Translations under genes and position numbers: made by a program
From: Patescibacteria group bacterium
Lineage (GTDB): Bacteria > Patescibacteriota > Microgenomatia > UBA1400 > PJMF01
DNA length: 64,000 nucleotides
Reading direction: 5' to 3'
Assembly: GCA_016861205.1 (NCBI GenBank)
Contig: BOKX01000001.1
Coordinates: forward strand, 264,539 to 328,538
Notes under the pieces: model-generated
What the model was told of the DNA's origin: nothing
Seen by the model: the letters and a program-made list of their open reading frames with translations, nothing else
Database searches by the model: none
Shown here: positions 1 through 9,596 of the stretch, in pieces
Layout: the number at the start of each line of letters is the position of its first letter
Position numbering within the stretch: position 1 is the stretch's first letter

Positions 1-1262
1 TCTGATGAATCTGAATCAGTGTGAGCCGCAAACTGAGCCAAATCAGGCTCAACACTTTGTTTGCTGGTACTCAGCTCTGGCTCAGATGCCGTTGGCAGTT
101 CTGAAAGCTTGGGCTCAGGTAGTTCGACATCACTATCGGGCGTTACATCGGCATCTGCAGTCACGGTAGGAATAGCCGGTGGTAAAAGTGGCGTATGTGG
201 CTCAGGTAGCTCGAGAGTCTCATCAGCCTCGGGAAGCTTTGCTGAGTCGCTATCAACGGCAATATCGCTATCTACATCATCACTGTCATCCTCGATAGTA
301 CTCTCGGTCTCATCCTCAACTTCGGGTTTGGCAGCTGACTCGACTTCTGAATCGATCTGAGTGTCGTTAGCTGTAGTTGCCGGAGTCGTAGCAGCAACTT
401 TGGCTAAAGCTGCATCATCAGCCGGTGGCAGCTCAAAGCTTGGAGCATGATACTCAGGGATATCAAGGGTTTTCATGCCGGCTTCGATGGTCTGTTTGAG
501 GTAAGACGGCATCTGAGTTTCATCTTCCTTAAAAGTAGCCAGCTGCTGAATTGGCAGAATGTTGCTGATCATCTGTTTCAGATTGTCAGCCACTAACTCA
601 TTGGTAAGAAGATAGACAGTTTGCAGGCTTGGTTCGCCACCTTTGAGCGTTTTAATGGTTTCTGCTAAAGTATCAAGTTCTTCGACCTTTGCCTGGTTGG
701 CTTGATCAACGCCTATGTAGTGTTGAGCTAAGTAAAGATTGCCGCCGATTTGAATGAGCGTGATCGAAGGTTCAAGGGACACGACTGACTTGATACTCCA
801 GCTTAGCGGTGAGATACCCGAGATTTTAAGATGACGGTTACTCGCAATAGCCGAAAGCGGCATGACCACTGAGTTTTCTAAAGCACTTAACTGAGTTTTT
901 GTTTTGCCCAGATGTTCTGTTAGCGCAAAAATGCTGATTTGGTACTCGTCCTTGGTGAGGTTCAACTTTGGCAGGATATTTTCTTTGACGTACGCTTGGA
1001 CCTTGGCTTCGCCACTCTCCTCTACTTCTAAAATAGTATTGGTAAACAAGAAATCAGGTAAAACCACGTGATATTCGTCAGGTTCGATCTTGCCGATGAG
1101 TTTTTCGAGGTTTTCTACGATAAACTCATCCTCATTGAGGAACTCTCCATTTATCTGGCGAAAGGCCTGAATGGAAAAAGTATGTTCTTTTTTAGTTGGC
1201 AGCAATTCTGCGACGTAGGCTACGTCTGGTAAGATGTAGAGAAGTTTGCGAGTGTTTAGCAT
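1..1262 (-). CDS. Hypothetical protein, partial (C-terminus runs off the window start). It has a globular N-terminal part and a long acidic, Ser/Asp/Glu/Pro-rich low-complexity C-terminal tail
   Basis: Minus-strand ORF starting at ATG 1262..1260 (MLNTRKLLYILPDVAYVAELL...). It stays open to position 1. The + strand Ser-rich ORF 61..360 is its antisense shadow. No motif recognised. Confidence 0.5.
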   Translation of the reverse strand, partial: MLNTRKLLYILPDVAYVAELLPTKKEHTFSIQAFRQINGEFLNEDEFIVENLEKLIGKIEPDEYHVVLPDFLFTNTILEVEESGEAKVQAYVKENILPKLNLTKDEYQISIFALTEHLGKTKTQLSALENSVVMPLSAIASNRHLKISGISPLSWSIKSVVSLEPSITLIQIGGNLYLAQHYIGVDQANQAKVEELDTLAETIKTLKGGEPSLQTVYLLTNELVADNLKQMISNILPIQQLATFKEDETQMPSYLKQTIEAGMKTLDIPEYHAPSFELPPADDAALAKVAATTPATTANDTQIDSEVESAAKPEVEDETESTIEDDSDDVDSDIAVDSDSAKLPEADETLELPEPHTPLLPPAIPTVTADADVTPDSDVELPEPKLSELPTASEPELSTSKQSVEPDLAQFAAHTDSDSS

Positions 1263-1495
1263 GGACAAAGTTTATTCTGACACATTATGGTCGGATAAGA
1301 CAAGATCGGGTTTCTGTTTACGTCGCCTAAACCGGCCAAATTGAGCCATTTTGACATAGTAACGACCGGAACTGAAATTAGCAGACAAGACACATCTCTG
1401 CTAATTTAGGACAATGGAAATATTGCCCTATCAATCAATCTATATTTGGTCATGCCGGTGGCGGGTCAAATCTGGACATTTGGACACAAAAATCG

Positions 1496-1735
1496 TATAC
1501 TATTTATAACAGCGCTTGAGACGGGAGAATGGGCCCGTCGAGCTGGTGTGTGAATCATCTCTTACGAGAAAGTAGCACATCCGGTGAGAATCCGTTACCG
1601 TATTCTGGTCCTGAGTATCAGGACGCCGAGTGCTGAACCGTAAGGCTTCAGCAGACACAAGGTGGCACCGCCGTTTAGGCCCTTGTCTTGAGTATCTGTG
1701 GGGATGCTTGAGACGAGGGCTTATTTTGTAACCAC
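1496..1735 (+). promoter_or_regulatory. Probable T-box riboswitch leader (Trp-specific) with an intrinsic terminator, upstream of trpS. Possible -10 elements TATACT/TATAAC at 1496-1510
   Basis: GGTGGCACCGCC at 1661-1672 resembles the conserved T-box sequence (GGUGGNACCGCG). It is followed by a hairpin, GCCCTTGTCTTGAG ... CTTGAGACGAGGGC, then TTATTTT at ~1678-1727. The AGAAAGTAGCAC element and UGG triplets lie in the upstream stem region. It sits directly 5' of an aminoacyl-tRNA synthetase gene. Confidence 0.55.
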
Positions 1736-1744
1736 AAGGATGGT

Positions 1745-2731
1745 ATGAAAAACCAAACCGCCAAACACACTGTCTTGTCAGGGATCCGGGCCACTGGCCG
1801 CTTGCATCTGGGAAACTACCTGGGAGCTGTCAAAGGCATGCTAGAACTGCAGGACCAACCAGAGTATCGGACTCTGTACATGGTAGCCGATTTGCACACC
1901 CTGACGACCCCGTATCAGGTGGCTGAGTTGCGGCAAAACCGCCGAGAGGTATTGATCGATTATCTAGCGGCTGGTCTCGACCCTGAAAAAAGTATCTTGT
2001 TCCTGCAAGCTGACGTCAACGAACACGCCGAACTCGCCTACTACTTCTCATCAGTGACCACGGTGGCCAAAATGCAGCACTTACCTACTTTTAAAGACAA
2101 AGTGAAGCAATACCCTGAGCATGTAACCATGGCTCTGTTGAACTATCCAGTTCTGATGGCTGCAGATATTTTGATCTATAAAGCAGACTCGGTGCCAGTT
2201 GGCGTTGATCAAGAACCACATATTGAGGTAGCTCGTGAGATAGCTCGTCGAATGAATCAAGATTACGGGACCGCTTTTCCTGAGCCGCAACGTTTTGTGA
2301 CACCTGGTGGTTATGTGCCATCGTTAACAGGCGAAGGTAAGATGAGCAAGTCGGTGGAGGGTAGTTACATTCGCTTGACGGATACCCTTGACGAGATCCG
2401 AAAGAAAGTCCGAGCTGTGCCGACAGCCACTACTGCGGGAGGGGCGATGCCCGCCGGCGTGGAAGCCTTATTCACTTTCTTGGAGTTGTTAGCACCAGAA
2501 CAAGTAGCAGCCTTCAAAACCGCCTTTGATGATGGCAGTTTGAGATTTTCTGAGCTGAAAGATGCAGTCGCCGAGGCAATTTTCGCTGAAGTTGAGCCAA
2601 TCCAGCGTCGACGGGCCGAGTTAGAGGCCAATCCTGACTATGTGAACCAAGTCATCGCTAACGGTGCCGAACAAGCTCGAGCAATCGCTCAAGCAACCAT
2701 TCGGGAAGTGCGTGAGAAGATGGGTTTCTAG
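1745..2731 (+). CDS. trpS: Tryptophanyl-tRNA synthetase
   Basis: Class I aaRS HIGH-type motif (RLHLGNYLGA) and KMSKS motif (GKMSKS). Length 328 aa, typical for bacterial TrpRS. Confidence 0.93.
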   Translation: MKNQTAKHTVLSGIRATGRLHLGNYLGAVKGMLELQDQPEYRTLYMVADLHTLTTPYQVAELRQNRREVLIDYLAAGLDPEKSILFLQADVNEHAELAYYFSSVTTVAKMQHLPTFKDKVKQYPEHVTMALLNYPVLMAADILIYKADSVPVGVDQEPHIEVAREIARRMNQDYGTAFPEPQRFVTPGGYVPSLTGEGKMSKSVEGSYIRLTDTLDEIRKKVRAVPTATTAGGAMPAGVEALFTFLELLAPEQVAAFKTAFDDGSLRFSELKDAVAEAIFAEVEPIQRRRAELEANPDYVNQVIANGAEQARAIAQATIREVREKMGF

Positions 2732-2770
2732 ATTTTTAGGTCTCTATAAGCTTGTCAAAAGGAGGCTGAC

Positions 2771-3238
2771 GTGTCTGGCATAATACAGTCAAGAATTGAA
2801 CAAATTCACCAGGGCAAGAATCCCTATTTTGTTGCTGAACTGATGACTGGCTATGTTGTATTGGGCGACCATCAGAGATTTGTAGGATACACCTTGTTTT
2901 TATCAAAATCTGAAGCCACAGAACTCCATGAACTGCCGACGCACCAACGGTTACTGTTCTTGGAAGAAATGGCATTGGTGGCGGAGTGCGTCTGGCAAGC
3001 TTTTTCACCCAATAAGCTGAACTATGAATTGTTGGGAAATGGTGACCCACACATGCATTGGCATATTTTTCCAAGGCGGGATGACGACGGGGTGACTGGT
3101 CCGGTGTGGTGGTTGCCCTACACGGAAATGAAAGTGACTGTCTCAGACGAAGAAATGAGAGCGCTAAAGCAAAAATTGAAACGAGCCATACTAAACAACT
3201 CGGCTCTGAAACCCCATATAGTCAAAGTTTGTGAGTAA
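2771..3238 (+). CDS. HIT-family (histidine triad) hydrolase/nucleotidyltransferase-like protein
   Basis: GTG start preceded by AAAGGAGG RBS (2759-2766). Histidine triad motif HMHWHIFPRR near the C-terminus. Confidence 0.75.
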   Translation: MSGIIQSRIEQIHQGKNPYFVAELMTGYVVLGDHQRFVGYTLFLSKSEATELHELPTHQRLLFLEEMALVAECVWQAFSPNKLNYELLGNGDPHMHWHIFPRRDDDGVTGPVWWLPYTEMKVTVSDEEMRALKQKLKRAILNNSALKPHIVKVCE

Positions 3239-3341
3239 ACTATGGTGTGACGCTAGATCCGCAGGTGTGTTTTTAATCTACATTGTTTTGTAACGTTGAC
3301 CTGGTATATTTTGCCCTACTACTTTTTGTGGGGACAAAATC

Positions 3342-3734
3342 ATGGCGGAAATTGTGCACGGCGGGTACGAACAGTTGCAGGTTATTGAGGCGACTGAAGT
3401 GGTCGACAATGACCAAACGACCCAGGTAGCCAGCGAAAAAACATTTCGTCTCAAAGACGCAGCGATCGCTATTTTTTGGGGTCATGAAAACCAGAGTTGC
3501 CAAACAGTGCTGATCCGATTGCTAGTGCTCGGTTACTTACCGGCATTGGCTGGTAATGTGCTTTTTTCGGAGATTTTAAACAGTCAGTATAGCCACAGTA
3601 TCGGATTCGCCGATCATGAACTAACAGTTAACCGAGACCAGCTGTTAACACTGACTGTCGCCTTCGTGGCTTTCTTTTCAATCTATGCACTCATTTTGCC
3701 GTTGGCGAAGTGGGGAGAGACTGCAAATGAGTGA
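3342..3734 (+). CDS. Hypothetical protein (hydrophobic C-terminal segment)
   Basis: ORF only; no recognisable motif. Confidence 0.3.
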   Translation: MAEIVHGGYEQLQVIEATEVVDNDQTTQVASEKTFRLKDAAIAIFWGHENQSCQTVLIRLLVLGYLPALAGNVLFSEILNSQYSHSIGFADHELTVNRDQLLTLTVAFVAFFSIYALILPLAKWGETANE

Positions 3735-3826
3735 TATTGTTTGCTACTTCGGGTCAATGGCACCTTTGTTTCGCACACAGTTTGTGTGCGTCGCTTATGC
3801 ATTTCTGACTTTGATACCATCGACCT

Positions 3827-6550
3827 ATGCTCCGCAAAAATAATGCCACCGACTTTATTTCTTTCTTGGTTGTTTCCCTGGTAGCCTTAATGGGATTTCT
3901 GGTGGTTGTCAAACCAACCCAGGCGCAAGTTGTTGGTGCCACTTACTATGTGGCCACGACTGGTAGTAACACTAATCCTGGCACAGAATCACAACCGTGG
4001 CAGACTATTCAATACGCAGCGGCTCGGTTGCAAGCTGGAGACACAGTGATTATTCGGGGTGGCACCTATCAAGAGCAAGTAACTCCAGCCAATTCAGGAA
4101 CTGAGTCAGCGCCCATTACCTATCGAGCTTACCAAGGTGAGACGCCGGTGATTGATGGTAACAATGCCATAGGTTTAAATCTGGAAATTGTGAATAGAAG
4201 TTACTTGGTGTTTGACGGCCTTAGAGTTGAAGAGCCCGCCAATTCTTGGGCTTTGGTTGAGAACAGTCATCACATTACTTTCGCTAACATGGTTTTTGCA
4301 AACCCGACTTACCCGAGTGGATTACGACGAAGTTTCCAAGGCTTGTACTTCAGATACAGTCACCATAATGTATTACGGAACTCTCTCCTTGAGTATTGGG
4401 GACGCTATCAAGAAGGTGACAATGAAGGTAATAACCTTCGGATTGTCAGTCACGCTAATGCAGATGGTGGTTACAACTTGATTGAGGGCAATACATTCCG
4501 ATACTGTGCCAACAGTTGCGCCATGATTAACTCCTCATACAACCTGATTCGAAATAACACTTTTGATAATGAGTGGCAAAAAGGGATGGAGATTTCGTGG
4601 ATGAGTAACCCAGGTGATGAACCACCTGGTACCGAGTGGCCAGCCATTGGCAACGTAGTTGAAGACAACAACTTTGTCCGGTTTGGTCAATCACAATACA
4701 ATCACGGTGGCTACGCAATGGCTGTGGTGAGTGAGGAAAACATCATTCGACGCAACATTATGCGCAATGGTGACCATCTGGGGGTGTTTTTGAATACCAT
4801 TGACCCTTATGCGACCAACCATCGTCGAAACTATCTTTACCACAACACGATTGTTAACAATGGCTTGGATAGGTTTGAGTGGTTGGGCACTGGTGTACAG
4901 GCATCGAACTTTGGAGCTGGTTTTGAACTGCGAGACGACGTGATTAAAAACAACATTATTTGGGGCAACCTGCCTGGTGCAGGCAACAATCCTTTTCAAC
5001 TCTCGATGGAGTTGTCGGGTAGTGGCAACAGCTTGCCCTATGGTGGTTTCACCATCGCGGGAAACTTGATTCAAAACTTGAGACCGGGTTCTTGCTATCC
5101 CACATCAGGTGACTGTCCTTTCATCATTATTGGTTCGTCACCAAACACAGCGAATATTCCTACCCTCAATACTTTGAACCCCAACTTTTATGGGAATCGA
5201 GAAGGAAACCCTGGTTTTGTGCAGTACAACGCAGCAGCATCTACCTTTGATCTAAACTTAACAGCGACTTCAGACGCGGTCGACACGGGTGTGGCATTAG
5301 CGCAAACAGTGTCATCGGGCAGCGGGATTGTTGTACCTGTCACTGACGTGGGTTACTTCCGAGATGGTATGGGCCACACCACCGGTGATCTTATCCAGAT
5401 CGGAACCGAAGTCGTTCAGGTCGTGAGTATTGACCGGACTGCTAACACGTTAACAGTCGATCGGGCAATCTCCTGGGGTGCGCAAGCCGTAGTGGCGTTA
5501 CCCTACAGTGGTACTGCCCCAGACATCGGTGCGCGCGAGTTTGGTGGGCCGTTGCCATCGCCGAGCCCATCACCATCACCTTCACCAAGTCCGACACCGA
5601 CTCCAACCCCGAGTCCATCACCTAGCCCGTCGCCATCGCCAAGTCCGACACCGGAGCCAACCCCGACTCCAACTCCGAGTCCGTCGCCTAGCCCATCACC
5701 TTCGCCAAGCCCAAGTGTGGAGCCAACTCCCACCCCGACACCGTCCCCTAGCCCGAGCCCAACCCCAACTCCCACACCAACCCCCACGGCCGTGGCATAC
5801 CTCTCGGTAGCTAGCAATGGCACGCTGGGTGGAGTAGCTGTTGCCGATGAAGATATCGTCCAGCTAGATACAACCACTGGTACCTATCAAATGTATTTTG
5901 ATGGTTCAGATGTCGGCTTAGCCGCCACCAACCTTGATGCATTCGATATTTTGCCGAATGGTCACATTTTGTTTTCAACGAGCACCGAAGTTGGTTTAGC
6001 TGGAATAGGCACAGCGTATCCAGAAGATGTGACTGAGTTCATACCAACTTCAACAGGTGCTAACACGGTAGGTACATTTGCGCGTTTCTTTGACGGCTCA
6101 AATGTCAACCTGTATCAGACGACTCACAACGTCGACGGTGTTGCTTACTTGCCAGATGGTCGGGTTCTGATTTCGACAACTGGTCGGTACACTGTCATGG
6201 GTTTGGCTGCAGGCGAGGATGAGGACATCATTGCTCTGGTGCCAACCAGTTTAGGCGCCCAAACTGCAGGAACTTGGACCATGTACTTCGATGGTTCAGA
6301 CGTTGGTTTAGCCAACAGTGACGCCGAAGATGTGAACGGTTTTTACGTCGATGGTCAAGGTCGTTTAAACTTCACCACCTTTGGCAACTTCAGTGTGACT
6401 GGCCTAACTGGCGCTAACGAAGACGTTGGCCAGTTTGTGCCGACCAGCCTAGGTTCAACAACGGCGGGAACGTTTACAGCCCCGCTGCTCTTTGACGGCA
6501 GCGCTTTTGGGCTGGCTAACTTCAACGTTGATGGTTTTAAGATGCACTAA
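3827..6550 (+). CDS. Secreted or surface-anchored right-handed beta-helix (pectin-lyase-fold) protein. It has a (PS/PT)n linker and four C-terminal ~60-aa repeats
   Basis: N-terminal hydrophobic anchor or signal ([16 protein letters not shown]). Beta-helix opening motif [44 protein letters not shown]. About 77-aa linker of Pro-Ser/Pro-Thr dipeptides. Four repeats of the form G-T-x-x-x-Y/F-F-D-G-S-D/N-V-G/N-L-A. Confidence 0.8.
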   Translation: MLRKNNATDFISFLVVSLVALMGFLVVVKPTQAQVVGATYYVATTGSNTNPGTESQPWQTIQYAAARLQAGDTVIIRGGTYQEQVTPANSGTESAPITYRAYQGETPVIDGNNAIGLNLEIVNRSYLVFDGLRVEEPANSWALVENSHHITFANMVFANPTYPSGLRRSFQGLYFRYSHHNVLRNSLLEYWGRYQEGDNEGNNLRIVSHANADGGYNLIEGNTFRYCANSCAMINSSYNLIRNNTFDNEWQKGMEISWMSNPGDEPPGTEWPAIGNVVEDNNFVRFGQSQYNHGGYAMAVVSEENIIRRNIMRNGDHLGVFLNTIDPYATNHRRNYLYHNTIVNNGLDRFEWLGTGVQASNFGAGFELRDDVIKNNIIWGNLPGAGNNPFQLSMELSGSGNSLPYGGFTIAGNLIQNLRPGSCYPTSGDCPFIIIGSSPNTANIPTLNTLNPNFYGNREGNPGFVQYNAAASTFDLNLTATSDAVDTGVALAQTVSSGSGIVVPVTDVGYFRDGMGHTTGDLIQIGTEVVQVVSIDRTANTLTVDRAISWGAQAVVALPYSGTAPDIGAREFGGPLPSPSPSPSPSPSPTPTPTPSPSPSPSPSPSPTPEPTPTPTPSPSPSPSPSPSPSVEPTPTPTPSPSPSPTPTPTPTPTAVAYLSVASNGTLGGVAVADEDIVQLDTTTGTYQMYFDGSDVGLAATNLDAFDILPNGHILFSTSTEVGLAGIGTAYPEDVTEFIPTSTGANTVGTFARFFDGSNVNLYQTTHNVDGVAYLPDGRVLISTTGRYTVMGLAAGEDEDIIALVPTSLGAQTAGTWTMYFDGSDVGLANSDAEDVNGFYVDGQGRLNFTTFGNFSVTGLTGANEDVGQFVPTSLGSTTAGTFTAPLLFDGSAFGLANFNVDGFKMH
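5555..5787 (+). repeat. Imperfect tandem nucleotide repeat (period ~60-66 nt) encoding the PSPSPS...PTPTPT linker inside CDS 3827..6550
   Basis: Repeated ccgagcccatcacc / ccgacaccgactccaaccccgagtcc units visible directly in the sequence. Confidence 0.85.
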
Positions 6551-6676
6551 ATCCATGGTCCACACTGACGCTCACACCACCTTGTTCTACACGTTTGCTC
6601 ATGGTTTGCTATTCTAGCGCATTGTTTGTGCAAAGCTAGCGTAAAGCATGTCAACAAGTGTAGTTTGCGGGAAAAG

Positions 6677-6750
6677 TGAGTCCGGTGGGACTCGAACCCA
6701 CGACGCACAGCTTAAAAGGCTGTCGCTCTAACCGACTGAGCTACGGACCC
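6677..6750 (-). tRNA. tRNA-Lys (anticodon UUU)
   Basis: Cloverleaf read by eye: acceptor GGGTCCG/CGGACTC, anticodon stem ACAGC/GCTGT with loop CTTTTAA, T-arm GTGGGTTCGAGTCCCAC. CCA not encoded. TATAAT (minus strand) at 6787-6792 upstream. Confidence 0.88.
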
Positions 6751-6815
6751 GGTTAGCAGTAACCAGTTTTGGTTACAACTTGAGAATTATACCAGCCCGA
6801 GGGATTTTTGAGTAG

Positions 6816-7076
6816 TTAGTGGGTTTTGCTGTATGATTGATCGAACTGACTCAGATAGTGTACGACGGCGGTAGCTGATACCTTTTCGGTATCAGACAAC
6901 CAAAAATCTGAGGAGTACGCATCAACCGCAGCCTCATAACAATGTTTGTCAGGTGGATAGTTAGCTGGTAAAAAATAAAAAACATACCCAGAGGCCTTTG
7001 GGTCAGGAATGGGTTCTTTGTTGATGGCGTTTGCCTTCACATCTGCAACGGTATACATGATATCTTTTTCTCGCAT
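6816..7076 (-). CDS. Small hypothetical protein (~86 aa)
   Basis: Start MREKDIMYTV at 7076 preceded by a strong RBS (AAGGAGG). The longer 138-aa ORF in the track is probably an upstream over-extension. Confidence 0.5.
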   Translation of the reverse strand: MREKDIMYTVADVKANAINKEPIPDPKASGYVFYFLPANYPPDKHCYEAAVDAYSSDFWLSDTEKVSATAVVHYLSQFDQSYSKTH

Positions 7077-7234
7077 CCTGCCTCCTTGTCGCTTCAGCGG
7101 CATGAACCTAACAAGGAATAGCATACACCTGTTTGCAAATGCTGCCTGACAAACGTGATTACAGAGAAACTGACAAACTGGATATGTTGAAACGAGTGTC
7201 CGTTTTAAAATAAGCGTTAGGATACAATACAAGC

Positions 7235-8083
7235 ATGCCAGAATTACCAGAAGTTGAAACCATCGCCCACCGCCTACGACAGGTAGTGTGTGATCAACAG
7301 ATTCAAACTATCACTCCTCTGCATGACAAAAGCTTTCAGGGAAATCCTTTGGCAGTAGTCAGCACCCAAATTACTGATGTTCGCCGAAAAGGCAAGCAAT
7401 TGCGACTCCAGCTCGATAATGGGCATAGTTTAGCTATTCACCTCAAGATGACGGGACAACTGATTTATGTTGACAATGAACACCGATTTGGTGGTGGTCA
7501 TCCTACTGCTGACTGGGTGCAAGACTTGCCCAGCAGACACACCAGAGTAATTATAGAGTTTGCGAAGGGTGGAAAACTATTTTTTAACGACCAGAGGTTA
7601 TTTGGTTGGATAAAGCTTATTTCAGATGCTGAGCTAGATGCGCAGTGGCAGTCATTACCTCCAGATATAAACGAGGCAAATGCCACAGCTGAGTATCTGC
7701 AAAACAGACTCGGCAAAAGAGGGATTCCCATCAAAGTTGGATTGCTGGACTCAAGTATTGTTGGTGGCTTGGGGAATATTTATGTCTGTGACGCACTCAA
7801 CGAAGCTCAGATCCATCCTGAAAGACCTGCTAAGTCGCTAAGCTCTGCCGAGTGGCAGCGAGTGACTGCAGCAGCCAAGCGAGTGATCGAACAAGGCATT
7901 GAGCTTGGTGGTACCACTTTTGACGGCAAGTATGTCGATGTGGCTGGCTTCGCTGGTGGTTACCAAACAGTTGCCCGAGTCTACGATCGAAAAGGTGAGG
8001 CTTGTTTGCAGTGTGGTGGCTTAATCGTTAAAACCAAATTGGCTGGTCGCGGAACATACTACTGTGAGCAGTGCCAGCGTTAA
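7235..8083 (+). CDS. mutM: Formamidopyrimidine-DNA glycosylase (Fpg/MutM)
   Basis: N-terminal MPELPEVE catalytic Pro2/Glu3 signature. C-terminal CxxC...CxxC zinc finger (CLQCGG...CEQCQ). Confidence 0.9.
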   Translation: MPELPEVETIAHRLRQVVCDQQIQTITPLHDKSFQGNPLAVVSTQITDVRRKGKQLRLQLDNGHSLAIHLKMTGQLIYVDNEHRFGGGHPTADWVQDLPSRHTRVIIEFAKGGKLFFNDQRLFGWIKLISDAELDAQWQSLPPDINEANATAEYLQNRLGKRGIPIKVGLLDSSIVGGLGNIYVCDALNEAQIHPERPAKSLSSAEWQRVTAAAKRVIEQGIELGGTTFDGKYVDVAGFAGGYQTVARVYDRKGEACLQCGGLIVKTKLAGRGTYYCEQCQR

Positions 8084-9594
8084 ACACCAATCGTAACGTC
8101 CAACAGATCAAGTGTTTGCAAATCAAACAACCGAATTAGGTGATTATTTGTGTCTGCAATGTACAGGTGGTGTCCGCGAAGTTTGACGTCATTTGGTTCG
8201 TACAATGGTAAGATTTGGCACATTTTGTCGCCAATTTGACAGGTTGTCTGATCATGAGGTTTGACCAAACTAACTACGGTCTGCTTCTCCAAATCGATGA
8301 CTCGTAGGGCATGATTGTAGGTGTCAGCTACGTAGATCAAATGGTCACGCGCTGCTAAACCGAGAGGATGTTGGAACAAGGCTTCATCAAGTTTTCCATC
8401 TTGGTAACCAAACTCAAATAAGCCAGCCCCAACAATAGTCTCGACGCTTCCTTGGTTCAGTTCAATTCCCCGAATACTCGAGGTTTCACTATCTGCCACA
8501 AATAAATGATGTCCGTTCCAACTAAGGCCGCTTGGCTGGGCCAATTGGGCTTTTTCTCGAGGACCGTCAGCGATGTTTTCAATGCCACTGCCTGCCCAAG
8601 GTAGGATCTCGCGGGTGTTGAAGTCGTATCGCCAGACCTGATGACTACCAGCCATCGCAATCCATAAGTACTGATCGTAGTACAAAATATCCCAAGGTGA
8701 GTTCAATGCTGTCCGGGGGCCAGCTCCCCCTCCGTCACCCCAAGCTGCCTGGTAACCAAGGCCGGCCAAGGTTGTGACCATCGGAGCTTGACCACCTTTA
8801 TCCTGAGTTGACTCACCTACCCAAATTTGTCGCAGCGCATGATTTTTGGTGTCAGCTACATAAAGGTAGCCAGCTGAGTAGGTCAAGCCTTGAGGTTGGT
8901 TGAACTGGGCTGTTAAAAATGCTCCGTCTTTAAAACCAGGTTGGCCACTGCCAATAACAGTTGTGACTTTCAACTCAGTTTGGGTGATCAGTTGGGTTTC
9001 CAAAATCCGATGATGATTGCTATCGCTTATAAAAAGTCGTTGACCTGAGTCATCAAAACAAATTTTGCCAGGAAAACGCAAGGTTTGAGCTGGGGCCGGC
9101 TTAAGCACAGGTTTGATGGCAGGCTGGCTGGCGAGATGCTTGGTTCGCTTTGCCTCTAACAATAACTGATTGATGATGTTTTTGATCTCAGCAGTATGAC
9201 CTTCTCCAGAACCATGCCAGCGAATATACCCTTCAGCATCGATAATCACTAACGTGGGCCAGGCTCTGACAGCATATTGATTCCAAATTTCGTGGTCACT
9301 GTCGATGACAACCGGATGAGCAATCTCGTAGCGGTCGATAGCTGATTGGATATGTTGGGGATCGTTCTCGTTATCGAACTTGGCCGCGTGAACTCCAATG
9401 ACCGCAACTGGTTTATCATGAAACTCTGTTTCAAGTTGTTGAAGCTCAGGTAAGACGTGAATACAGTTGATACAACAATAAGTCCAAAAATCTAGAACAA
9501 CCACCTGGCCTTTGAGGTCGGTCAGTGCCCAAGACTGAGCCGAGTTGAGCCAAGTAAGATGAGATGGAAAAGCTGGTGCTTTGATTTTGTACAT
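8080..9594 (-). CDS. Thioredoxin-like (redoxin) domain fused to NHL-repeat beta-propeller protein
   Basis: N-terminal CxxC redoxin motif (WTYCCINCIHVLPEL). At least three NHL-type repeats (YVADTKNHALRQI, YVADTYNHALRVI, YIADTNNHLIRLF). Confidence 0.8.
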   Translation of the reverse strand: MYKIKAPAFPSHLTWLNSAQSWALTDLKGQVVVLDFWTYCCINCIHVLPELQQLETEFHDKPVAVIGVHAAKFDNENDPQHIQSAIDRYEIAHPVVIDSDHEIWNQYAVRAWPTLVIIDAEGYIRWHGSGEGHTAEIKNIINQLLLEAKRTKHLASQPAIKPVLKPAPAQTLRFPGKICFDDSGQRLFISDSNHHRILETQLITQTELKVTTVIGSGQPGFKDGAFLTAQFNQPQGLTYSAGYLYVADTKNHALRQIWVGESTQDKGGQAPMVTTLAGLGYQAAWGDGGGAGPRTALNSPWDILYYDQYLWIAMAGSHQVWRYDFNTREILPWAGSGIENIADGPREKAQLAQPSGLSWNGHHLFVADSETSSIRGIELNQGSVETIVGAGLFEFGYQDGKLDEALFQHPLGLAARDHLIYVADTYNHALRVIDLEKQTVVSLVKPHDQTTCQIGDKMCQILPLYEPNDVKLRGHHLYIADTNNHLIRLFDLQTLDLLDVTIGV

Positions 9595-9596
9595 AG

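Noticed and set aside
61-360. Ser-rich 99-aa + strand ORF
   Set aside because: It is antisense to the low-complexity acidic tail of the real minus-strand gene (1..1262). The biased composition creates a long open frame on the opposite strand.
5555-5787. Tandem repeat considered as a possible CRISPR array
   Set aside because: Repeats are contiguous with no spacers, lie in-frame within a CDS and encode Pro-Ser/Pro-Thr. No cas genes in the window.
5503-5877. Gly/Val/Leu-rich minus-strand ORF and His/Arg-rich + strand ORF (5508..5810) over the PS/PT repeat
   Set aside because: Both are alternative-frame or antisense readings of the tandem repeat that encodes the (PS/PT)n linker of the 907-aa protein. 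Not independent genes, and not collagen-like or a CRISPR-like array.
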